A stretch of DNA of 64,000 bases from a virus (taxonomy: Duplodnaviria; Caudoviricetes). Location: the IMG/VR virus record IMGVR_UViG_3300033074_001936, positions 30,915-94,914 of that record; one strand, written 5' to 3'. The stretch's first letter is position 1. Every line of letters starts with the position of its first letter. A program made the translations under genes and the position numbers. The notes under the pieces were generated by a model. It was given only the letters and a program-made list of their open reading frames with translations, was not told the origin of the DNA and did not search any database. Below, piece by piece: positions 56,657 through 64,000 of this stretch.

Positions 56657-57705
56657 ACAGGAAGGAACTACTGGACGCTCTGGCGACGGTGCGGCCGGCG
56701 CTGGCGTCCACGAGCTTGATCCAGATCCTCACGCACATCTGCTTCTCCAAGGGCGCGGTGCTGACGTACAACGACCAGATCGGCATATCGGCGCCGTGTC
56801 GGGCCGGGTTCGAGGGCGCGGTCCCCGGGGGGACCCTCCTCAGCCTGCTCGGGGCGACTCGGGCCAAGGAAGTCGAGCTCTCCGCGACTGAGGCCGAGCT
56901 GTCGGTCCGCGCCGGGGGCGCGCGGCTGAAGCTCCCACTCCAGCCGCCGGAGGCGTTCCTGTTCAAGATGCCGGGGACCTCCAAGGGCGACATGCTCCCG
57001 GTCAGCAGCAAGGACTTTATCGCGGCGCTCGAGGGCTGCCTCCGCAGCGTCAGCCCCGACACGTCGGTCCCGGATCAGCTCGGGGTCGCCCTGGTCCCGA
57101 AGAAGGGCAGCATCGACATGTACTCCCTCAACGGGGCCTCCATGTCGCGGGCGTCGGTCAAGCTCTCCGGCGCGCAGCCCCTCAAGCAGCGCACCGTGCT
57201 GGCCGCCCCGTTCTGCGAGCAGCTCGTGCGCCTCGCGTCGGGAGACAAGGGCGCGGAGCTCGTGGTCGCCGCCGACCACGCGCTCCTCCGGGCCTCGTCG
57301 GGCGCGCGCCTGTTCGGCAAGCTCATCGACGTTCCGAAGCCCCTCGACTTCGAGACCAAGTTCGCGCAGGTGGTCCCGGAGGACCTCGACAAGATCTCGG
57401 CGGAGGTCCCGGCGACCCTCGCGCTCGCGCTCGAGCGGGCGCTCATCATCTCTGACCCGACCGGCGAGCGGGTCTACTCGAAGCTCGCGATCAAGGACGA
57501 AGTCGCCGTGTTGAGGACCGCGTCGGGCCGCGGCGAGGCGGTCGACCGGGTGCGCCTCCCCGGCCACCCCGACGTCTCGGTCTCGGTCGACGCCCAGTGG
57601 CTCAAGGTGGGCTGCGCCGCGTTCGATCGGGTCTTGGTGACCGAGGAGGCGGTGATCTTCGGCCGCGGTCGCGGCCTCTACCTGGTGGCGGTCACGGGCG
57701 CCTGA
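56653..57705 (+). CDS. Sliding clamp (DNA pol III beta-like)
   Basis: MNRKELLDAL..V..A......ILTHI, TYND..GI, GAVPG..L; 350 aa; next to polymerase and clamp loader. Confidence 0.78.
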   Translation: MNRKELLDALATVRPALASTSLIQILTHICFSKGAVLTYNDQIGISAPCRAGFEGAVPGGTLLSLLGATRAKEVELSATEAELSVRAGGARLKLPLQPPEAFLFKMPGTSKGDMLPVSSKDFIAALEGCLRSVSPDTSVPDQLGVALVPKKGSIDMYSLNGASMSRASVKLSGAQPLKQRTVLAAPFCEQLVRLASGDKGAELVVAADHALLRASSGARLFGKLIDVPKPLDFETKFAQVVPEDLDKISAEVPATLALALERALIISDPTGERVYSKLAIKDEVAVLRTASGRGEAVDRVRLPGHPDVSVSVDAQWLKVGCAAFDRVLVTEEAVIFGRGRGLYLVAVTGA

Positions 57706-57708
57706 GCG

Positions 57709-60700
57709 GTGGCGTTCTTCGGGGTTCCCGCTCCCAAGAGCGCGCGCCGGGGCGCGCCGCAGCGCTCGGGTGCGGTCTCTGTCGAGTTCCTCCACAAACA
57801 CGAGTGTGCTGTATGCCCCCTCAATAATCAGTCGGGCCTGGTGCACCCCCACATGAAGCCGACCGGCGCGGCGCGGCCCCTCGCGTACCTGGTCGGCGGG
57901 GCCCCGGGCGCCGACGAGGACCGCCGGGGCGCACACTTCGTCGGCTCCGCCGGCCGCCTCCTGCGGCGATACCTCCCCGAGAAGTGGCTGAGCAAAGTTC
58001 GCTTCAACAACGTAGTTCGGACCCGGCCCCCGAAGGACCGGGACCCGTCGCGGGTCGAAGTCGAGGCGTGCTTTCCTGCTGGAACTTTTGTCGAGCCGAT
58101 CGGGCCGGTTAAGAGCTCATATAAGCGGTGGTACGATGGCCCGCTTGTGACGGTTAAAACCGCGAGTGGGCGCATCCTCACCGGAACCCCAAACCACCCT
58201 GTATTTACAGTCGAGGGCGAGACCGCGCTCAAAGACCTCAAGATCGGCGACTACGCGTTCTGCGCAAGCGCCAGTGAGCCCGACGGCGCGCGGCGCCCAG
58301 ACGTGGATAACAAACCAGCCCGCATTGATGAGGTAGTTGAGGCGTTCAGCAAAGTCGCGAAGATGAAACGGATGCGTACCAGCGCGCTCGATTTCCACGG
58401 CGATGGTATCGTTGATGGCGAGGTCGATGTTGTAAGGGCCAGCGGCGAGTTGATGGGTAATTTTCAAGTCGGCGCGTACTCGCAAGAGCAGTTTTCTCAT
58501 CCGCACTTCGCCCTTTCCCAGCTGGGACCGCGAGGTCTGGCGCACAGCGGCGGTCTTGAGCGATGCCTCAGCGTACTTACCATGGTTGCACCTAAGCACG
58601 CGTTGCTCGCGGGTGCGCGTCCGCATCCACAAAACCATCTGCTCGGACTGGGTCCGTACCTGTGCTCCGTTTGCTTTGAGTACTTTCACAATCTGTGGAG
58701 CGCCGGTTTTGAACACGCGCGCGAGCTCCTCGGAGCTTTCACCTTTGCTGTATCTTTTAACGATCTCCTTGGCGGGAAGCGCGCGCCAGCTGACAGGCGT
58801 CCACGCCACGCGGGAGGCGGCGCTTTTATCCCGCAGCTTCATTCCGGCCTTGATAAGGAATCTCTTGATTGTAGTCCAGTCCGAGCCGGTGAGCCTTTGG
58901 AGGTCAGCGAGCGACCTACCCTCCCGGTAGAGCTTGACGAGATCGTAGCGATAGAAGTTACGCGATCGTTTAGGGGCCATGTTTACAACCTCGAGACAGG
59001 GAGCCATAAGTATATAGCAGATGGCTTCATTGTATCCAACTGCCGCCCGAGCGTCGCCCGCGACATCGAGGAGTCGAGCCCCGCGGCCATCATCGGGTTC
59101 GGCAACGTGCCGCTCGAGTGGGCGACCGGCGAGACCGGCATCAGCAAGTGGTGCGGCCGGCGCGTCCCGGTCCTGGTCGAGGGGCGCCCCTACTGGTTTT
59201 TTCCGGTCCGCCACCCGGAGGACATCTTGCGCGACCCGAAGCGCCGCGAGGTGTACGAGGGCGGGCGCGACCGCTACGGCTCCGAGGCCGAGTTTCAGTT
59301 CGTGCTTCACGTTCGCGCCGCCCTCGAGGCGATCGAGGCGGGGCTGCCTGAGCCGGCGGTGCACTCCGCGGACGCCGCGCTCGAGGGCATCGAGTGGGTC
59401 GCGGGCGCCGGCGCCGACGACGTCGAGTGGGTCCGGGCGTTCCTGCGCCGCGCGTCGCGCCGCAAGCTCGCGGGCGTGGACTACGAGACCAACGACCTGC
59501 GCCCCTACGCGCCGGGGGCGAAGATCCTCACGGCGGCGGTCGCGACCGCGCGGGACGGGGCGCTCGCCTTCCCCCTCGACCACCGGGAGGCGCGCTGGAC
59601 CCGCGCGCAGCGCGCGGCGATCGACGAGGCGTGGCGGGAGTTCTTGTACGAGGCCGAGTGCCGGAAAGTCGCGCACAACTTGACTTTTGAGATGGAGTGG
59701 TCGGCGCACTTCTACGGGAAAGACTGCCTGCGCGCGGGGCGGTGGGGCGACTCGCTGGCGCAGGCCTACATCCTGGACGAGCGCTCGGAGGGAAAGCCCG
59801 GTGCCCACAGCCTCGAGTTCCTGTGCGTCCAGTACTTCGGGATCAACATCAAGAAGCTGGCGGGAGTAAACCGAACCAACTTGGACGCCGAGCCCCTCCC
59901 GAAAGTGCTTCGGTACAACGGCCTCGACGCGAAGTACCACCAGCTGCTCTACGCGGAGCAGCTGCGCGCGCTCCGCGCCGCCGACCTGTCCGCGCTCTAC
60001 GCGGAGCACCTCGAGCGGGTCCCGGCCGCGGTCCTGACCCAGCTCAAGGGGGTACCGGTCGACCAGTCGGTCGCGCACCGCCTCGGGAAGAAGTACATGC
60101 GGCGCATGCTCGACGCCGAGCGCGCCATGCGCGAGATGCCGATCGTGCGAAAGTACGAGCGCGCGAAGGCTAAGAAGTTTCGGCCGTCCGCGAACGAGGA
60201 CGTCAAGGACGTTCTCCACGGGGCGGGCATCCACCTCGACGTCGCCGACGTCGAGGCCCTCGCCGGGGTCGACCACGACTTCGTGCGCGAGGAGGTCAAG
60301 TGGCGCAAGGCCGCCAAGATCTACGGCACCTACTTGGTCCCGGTCATGGGCGAGGACGCCCGCGCCGCGCTCGAGGCCATGCGCCGCGCGGGGCTGGAGG
60401 AGATCGGGGGCATGCTCGAGTCCCGGGAGCTGCGGCCGGCGCGGGTCTACCCGGACGGTCTCATGCACCCGCAGACCAACGTTAACCGGGTCAAGACGTC
60501 GCGGACCTCCTCGGACGACCCGAACTATCAGAACTGGCCGAAGCGCGGGGCCGCGGACGCGATCGAGGTCCGCGGTACGGTGCGGCCGCTCGACCCCGAC
60601 GAGGTGGTGGTGTCGTTCGACTACGGCCAGATCCAGGCCCGCAATGTCGGCATGGAGTCGCTCGACCGCGCCCTCCTCGACGCGTTCTGGAGCGGTTATG

Positions 60701-61365
60701 ACATCCACTACGCCTTCATGGAGCACCTCGCGCGCATCTACCCGCGCTGGGTGAAGGAGGGGGTCAAGACACTCGCGCGTGACAAAAACCTAGTTAAGAA
60801 GTACCGGAACGACGTCAAACACGGCTTCGTGTTTGCGGCATTCTTCGGCGCGCAGCCCAAGAAGTTCGCGGAGGTCCTCGAGATCCCGCTCTCGGCCGCC
60901 GAGAAGCTCGCCGACATCTTCTGGGACCGGTTCGGGGGGATCAGGAAGTGGCACCGGCGCCTCGAGGTCGACTACTACCGTACCGGCTACGTTACCGGCC
61001 ACGCGGGCTACCGGCGGCGCGCCCCGGTGAGCTACAACGAGCGCATCAACTCACCGATCCAGGCCGACGAGGCCAAGATCGTCCTCGACGCCATGATCCG
61101 CCTGTCCAAGATCGACCACGACTACCTGCAGGCCAACATGGAGATACACGACGACCTGACCTTCATCTGGCCCAAGAAGAAGGTCGACGAGCTCGCGGAG
61201 ATCGTGGTCCGGGAGATGCTTACCGTGCCGTTCGAGTGGGCGCGGACCACCCCGATCGTGGTCGAGATGTCGGTCGGCCCCGACTGGGCATCCCAGAAGG
61301 GCGCCGGGGAGTTCGCGTCGCACGAGTATGATGGGATCGACATGCCGAGGAGCTGCCCGATATGA
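57709..61365 (+). CDS. Family A DNA polymerase with N-terminal family-4-like uracil-DNA glycosylase domain; contains an intein
   Basis: UDG: CAVCPL, GGAPGADED..G.HFVGSAG, HP; exonuclease: DYET, AHN..FE, YNGLD; polymerase: TSRTSSDDPNYQN, DYGQIQAR, NSPIQ, IHDDL. Confidence 0.93.
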   Translation: MAFFGVPAPKSARRGAPQRSGAVSVEFLHKHECAVCPLNNQSGLVHPHMKPTGAARPLAYLVGGAPGADEDRRGAHFVGSAGRLLRRYLPEKWLSKVRFNNVVRTRPPKDRDPSRVEVEACFPAGTFVEPIGPVKSSYKRWYDGPLVTVKTASGRILTGTPNHPVFTVEGETALKDLKIGDYAFCASASEPDGARRPDVDNKPARIDEVVEAFSKVAKMKRMRTSALDFHGDGIVDGEVDVVRASGELMGNFQVGAYSQEQFSHPHFALSQLGPRGLAHSGGLERCLSVLTMVAPKHALLAGARPHPQNHLLGLGPYLCSVCFEYFHNLWSAGFEHARELLGAFTFAVSFNDLLGGKRAPADRRPRHAGGGAFIPQLHSGLDKESLDCSPVRAGEPLEVSERPTLPVELDEIVAIEVTRSFRGHVYNLETGSHKYIADGFIVSNCRPSVARDIEESSPAAIIGFGNVPLEWATGETGISKWCGRRVPVLVEGRPYWFFPVRHPEDILRDPKRREVYEGGRDRYGSEAEFQFVLHVRAALEAIEAGLPEPAVHSADAALEGIEWVAGAGADDVEWVRAFLRRASRRKLAGVDYETNDLRPYAPGAKILTAAVATARDGALAFPLDHREARWTRAQRAAIDEAWREFLYEAECRKVAHNLTFEMEWSAHFYGKDCLRAGRWGDSLAQAYILDERSEGKPGAHSLEFLCVQYFGINIKKLAGVNRTNLDAEPLPKVLRYNGLDAKYHQLLYAEQLRALRAADLSALYAEHLERVPAAVLTQLKGVPVDQSVAHRLGKKYMRRMLDAERAMREMPIVRKYERAKAKKFRPSANEDVKDVLHGAGIHLDVADVEALAGVDHDFVREEVKWRKAAKIYGTYLVPVMGEDARAALEAMRRAGLEEIGGMLESRELRPARVYPDGLMHPQTNVNRVKTSRTSSDDPNYQNWPKRGAADAIEVRGTVRPLDPDEVVVSFDYGQIQARNVGMESLDRALLDAFWSGYDIHYAFMEHLARIYPRWVKEGVKTLARDKNLVKKYRNDVKHGFVFAAFFGAQPKKFAEVLEIPLSAAEKLADIFWDRFGGIRKWHRRLEVDYYRTGYVTGHAGYRRRAPVSYNERINSPIQADEAKIVLDAMIRLSKIDHDYLQANMEIHDDLTFIWPKKKVDELAEIVVREMLTVPFEWARTTPIVVEMSVGPDWASQKGAGEFASHEYDGIDMPRSCPI
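58069..59040 (+). mobile_element. Intein (324 aa) in the UDG domain
   Basis: C1 CFPAGT, block B TPNHPV, block F GHVYNLET, block G IVSN then +1 Cys; removal restores VEVEA-CRPSV; lower GC than flanks. Confidence 0.93.
58117..58980 (-). CDS. Antisense gene inside the intein: two HTH repeats plus a Vsr/DUF559-like endonuclease (287 aa)
   Basis: GAGGT 7 nt before ATG; repeats LY..G.S...L......I...L...G...R..S; GEVRMRKLL, Q...GPYNIDLA, IAVEIE...H, R.NYL.NAGWFVIHVW. Confidence 0.85.
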   Translation of the reverse strand: MAPKRSRNFYRYDLVKLYREGRSLADLQRLTGSDWTTIKRFLIKAGMKLRDKSAASRVAWTPVSWRALPAKEIVKRYSKGESSEELARVFKTGAPQIVKVLKANGAQVRTQSEQMVLWMRTRTREQRVLRCNHGKYAEASLKTAAVRQTSRSQLGKGEVRMRKLLLRVRADLKITHQLAAGPYNIDLAINDTIAVEIERAGTHPFHLRDFAERLNYLINAGWFVIHVWAPRAVGLTGACAERVVADLEVFERGLALDCKYRVVWGSGEDAPTRGFNRHKRAIVPPLI

Positions 61366-61532
61366 GCGATATGAGCATTGACCCTAAGAAAGCCGAGACT
61401 TTGATCGTGCAGGGTATTAAGTCGTTTGATAACGACCCTCCTGACTCAGATTTCCAGCGTGGCTATCTCTCGGCGCTGGTGGAGCTTTCCAGTGCGCTCG
61501 AGATAAAACTACCGGAACCGGAGATGCATTAA
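61362..61532 (+). CDS. Small hypothetical protein (56 aa, lower GC, not in the ORF track)
   Basis: ATGA and TAATG overlaps on either side. Confidence 0.55.
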   Translation: MSDMSIDPKKAETLIVQGIKSFDNDPPDSDFQRGYLSALVELSSALEIKLPEPEMH

Positions 61533-62467
61533 TGTCTGTCCTGCACACCGAGTATAGGCCGGAGGTGTTGGAAGATGTTGTCGGCCAGGAGGCCGCGTGC
61601 CGCGCGCTCGCGGGCCTCATCAAGCGCGGGGAGTCGCGCGCGTTCCTGCTCTCCGGCCCGAGCGGGACCGGGAAGACTACCCTCGCGCGGATCGCGGCGG
61701 GCCTCCTCGGCTGCGAGCCCGCGGCAGTGCTTGAGATTGACGCTGCGACTCACACCGGCATCGACTCGATGCGGGCGGTCCAGGAGGTCATTCAGTACCG
61801 GCCGTTCGGCAAGTCGCGGGCGCGCGCCGTGATCATCGACGAGGCGCACGCCGTGAGCAGGCAGGCGTGGCAGTCGCTCCTCAAGTCGATCGAGGAGCCG
61901 CCCGCGCACGTCGCGTGGTTCCTCTGCACGACCGACCCGGGCAAGGTCCCGACCACCATCAAGACCCGCTGCTCCGCGCTCGCCCTGCGCCCGGTCGGCG
62001 AGCCCGACATGCGCAAGCTGTTCGCGCGGGTCGCGGCGGCCGAGGGGGTAAAGCTCCTCCCGGAGGTCCGGGACGCGGTCATCCGCGAGGCCGAGGGCTC
62101 GCCGCGGCAGATGCTGGTCAACATGGCCCTGTGCCGGGAGGCCCGGTCCCGCAAGGAGGCCTCGGAGCTCCTGCGGAGCGCGCGGGAGTCCGACGCGGTC
62201 GCCGAGCTCTGCAAGTTCCTCATGCAGGGGGGCTCGTGGTCCCGGGCTGCCGCGCTACTGGACAAGCTCGCGGACGAGCCGGCGGAGTCGGTTCGGATAG
62301 GGGTATGTAATTATCTGGGCGGGGCGCTCAGGCGGGCCGCCAGCGACAAGCAGGCGTGCGCCCTGCTCGGGCTGCTCGAGCCGTTCGTTGAGCCGTTCGC
62401 GGCTGGGTCGGACCGGGCGATGCTGGCGGTAGCGGTCGGGCGCGCGCTCTACTCGGGAGGCGAGTGA
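61532..62467 (+). CDS. Clamp loader subunit (DnaX/RFC-like AAA+)
   Basis: YRP..LEDVVGQ, GPSGTGKTT, EIDAA, IIDEAH, LLKSIEEPP, TIKTRC. Confidence 0.93.
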   Translation: MSVLHTEYRPEVLEDVVGQEAACRALAGLIKRGESRAFLLSGPSGTGKTTLARIAAGLLGCEPAAVLEIDAATHTGIDSMRAVQEVIQYRPFGKSRARAVIIDEAHAVSRQAWQSLLKSIEEPPAHVAWFLCTTDPGKVPTTIKTRCSALALRPVGEPDMRKLFARVAAAEGVKLLPEVRDAVIREAEGSPRQMLVNMALCREARSRKEASELLRSARESDAVAELCKFLMQGGSWSRAAALLDKLADEPAESVRIGVCNYLGGALRRAASDKQACALLGLLEPFVEPFAAGSDRAMLAVAVGRALYSGGE

Positions 62468-62473
62468 GAGAAG

Positions 62474-63013
62474 ATGACTGAGCGAAAAGTAGCCAGGCGC
62501 CCCAGTCGGGGCAGCCCGGACGACTACGACGACTTTCGTGAGCTCGAGGCCGCGCTCCGCATCGACGAGTACGCGCTCGAGGGCGCTCTGCGCGAGCAGC
62601 CGGAGCTCTTCTACCGGGTGTCGAAGGCTTACGCGCTCGCGATCTCGCGGCGAGATGCGGCCAAGCAAGCGCTCCAGGACGCGGAGGCGGAGGCGGACCT
62701 CCTGGTCCGCGGGGACGCGCAGGAGGACGACCGGAAGATCACCGAGGGGGAGGTCCGGGCAAAGGTCCAGACCGACGGCAAGGTGGTGCGGGCGCGCGAC
62801 GCGCTGAACGCGCAGTCCGAGTTGGTGGGCAAGCTCTCAGCGCTCAAGGACGCGTTTCAGCAGCGGTCCTACGCCCTCAAGGACCTCGCGGGGCTCTACG
62901 TTGCCAACTACTACAGCGCCTCCGAGAACAGCGCGGCCTCCGGTGCCGTGCGTCAGCGGGACGCGCAGGACGCGCGCGCCCGCATGAACGCGGCGCGTAG
63001 GGGGGAGGCATGA
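62474..63013 (+). CDS. UvsY-like helical recombination mediator
   Basis: LRID...L......QP..F, KITE, AF.QR...LKDL..LY...YY. Confidence 0.55.
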   Translation: MTERKVARRPSRGSPDDYDDFRELEAALRIDEYALEGALREQPELFYRVSKAYALAISRRDAAKQALQDAEAEADLLVRGDAQEDDRKITEGEVRAKVQTDGKVVRARDALNAQSELVGKLSALKDAFQQRSYALKDLAGLYVANYYSASENSAASGAVRQRDAQDARARMNAARRGEA

Positions 63014-63148
63014 CGTTCTTCGAGGCCGTGACGTGGACCGCGCTGGGGCTCTGCGGGGTCTACCTGGTGGCGTGGGTCGCGTCGCGCGCGTTCTTCCACA
63101 ACAAAGTCGAGTATAATCGGAAGATACTCAGACACCTGAAGGAGAGAG

Positions 63149-64000
63149 ATGATGCTGAAAAAGAAGGATAAGGCCGGCGGCAGTAAGAAGCGCGGCTCGC
63201 GCTTCGAGTATCGGGAGCGGTCGAGCGACGACATCAAGAAGCGCGCCGACCAGCGCGGCGGGCAGTTCGACTCGATCACTCGCTCGGGCATCGACCGCTG
63301 GCGGCCGAAGGACGGAGAGAACGTAATCCGCATCCTGCCGCCGACCTGGGAAGACCACGACCACTACGGCTACGACGTCTGGCTGCACTCGTACGTCGGT
63401 CCCGACAAGTCGACCTACCTGTGCCCGCAGAAGATGAACAACGAGCCGTGCCCGATCTGCAAGCTCCACCGCGAGGTCAAGGCGGCCGGCGAGGAGGAGG
63501 AGGCCAAGCAGCTCGCCCCGACGCGCCGGGTGGCGGTCTGGGTCATCGATCGCGACGACGAGAAGGCGACCCCGGCACTGTGGGACATGTCCTGGTCGAT
63601 GGACCGCGACATCGCCGCCCTGTGCCAGAACAAGCGCACCGGCAAGGTGCTGCTCATCGACCACCCGGACGAGGGCTACGACATCACCTTCACCCGGACC
63701 GGCAAGGGCCTCAATACCCGGTACATCGGGCTGGCGGTCGACCGCGAGCCCTCGCCGATCATGGCAGACGAGGAAGACCAGGAGAAGGTGCTGGAGTACA
63801 TCCAAGAGAACCCGATCCCGGACGTCCTCAACTTCTACGACTCGGAGTACCTCGACAAGATGATCAACGCCGAGGTGTCCGAGCGCGATGAGGAGCTCGA
63901 CGAGGACGAGGAAGACGAGGGAAAGAAGAAGTCGCGCGGGCGCGCGGGCGACCGCGGCAAGACCAAGACCACCAAGACCAAGTCCAGGCGCGCCGCTGAC
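63149..64000 (+). CDS. ssDNA-binding protein (T4 gp32-like), runs off the window
   Basis: AAGGAG RBS; GENVIRILPP, H...C...CPIC zinc site, EGYDITF.R.G.G..T.Y, acidic tail. Confidence 0.8.
   Translation, partial: MMLKKKDKAGGSKKRGSRFEYRERSSDDIKKRADQRGGQFDSITRSGIDRWRPKDGENVIRILPPTWEDHDHYGYDVWLHSYVGPDKSTYLCPQKMNNEPCPICKLHREVKAAGEEEEAKQLAPTRRVAVWVIDRDDEKATPALWDMSWSMDRDIAALCQNKRTGKVLLIDHPDEGYDITFTRTGKGLNTRYIGLAVDREPSPIMADEEDQEKVLEYIQENPIPDVLNFYDSEYLDKMINAEVSERDEELDEDEEDEGKKKSRGRAGDRGKTKTTKTKSRRAAD

Noticed and set aside
8751-57936. Long opposite-strand ORFs such as 8751..9998, 10012..11511, 14596..15954, 48229..49644, 49733..51616, 53108..54682, 56668..57936
   Set aside because: GC-rich shadows of well-supported genes; no motifs or RBS, unlike the ORF inside the intein
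58981-60726. N-terminal two thirds of the 869-aa minus-strand ORF 58117..60726
   Set aside because: In-register shadow of the GC-rich polymerase with no motifs; only the part from ATG 58980 looks like a real protein
1-64000. tRNA genes, integrase, terminase, portal, purZ
   Set aside because: None recognised by eye; they may lie outside the window, so lifestyle cannot be assigned

Overview
A 64 kb piece of a high-GC tailed dsDNA phage with a siphovirus-type tail module. The host is probably an Alphaproteobacterium (inferred from a GcrA-like gene and a GTA-like tail chaperone). Terminase, portal and integrase are not in the window. Layout: (1) 1-6.2 kb, nucleotide-sugar modification cassette; (2) 6.2-25 kb, head, tail and fibre genes; (3) 25-29.7 kb, lysis; (4) 29.7-44 kb, minus strand: Mre11/Rad50-like pair, RuvC-like resolvase, small early genes and an AAA ATPase split by a group I intron; (5) about 44-44.9 kb, divergent control region with a type III hammerhead ribozyme; (6) 44.9-64 kb, replication arm with ThyX, a 7-deazaguanine DNA modification pathway (queE, queD, queC, folE, dpdA), DnaB, SF2 helicase, primase, beta clamp, UDG-PolA fusion, clamp loader and SSB. 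The strongest observation is a 324-aa intein in the polymerase (58069-59040). It has no endonuclease in its own frame, but the opposite strand carries a complete 287-aa HTH-HTH-Vsr/DUF559-type endonuclease gene (58117-58980) with its own Shine-Dalgarno, lying entirely inside the intein. All calls are from reading motifs by eye; no searches or folding programs were run.
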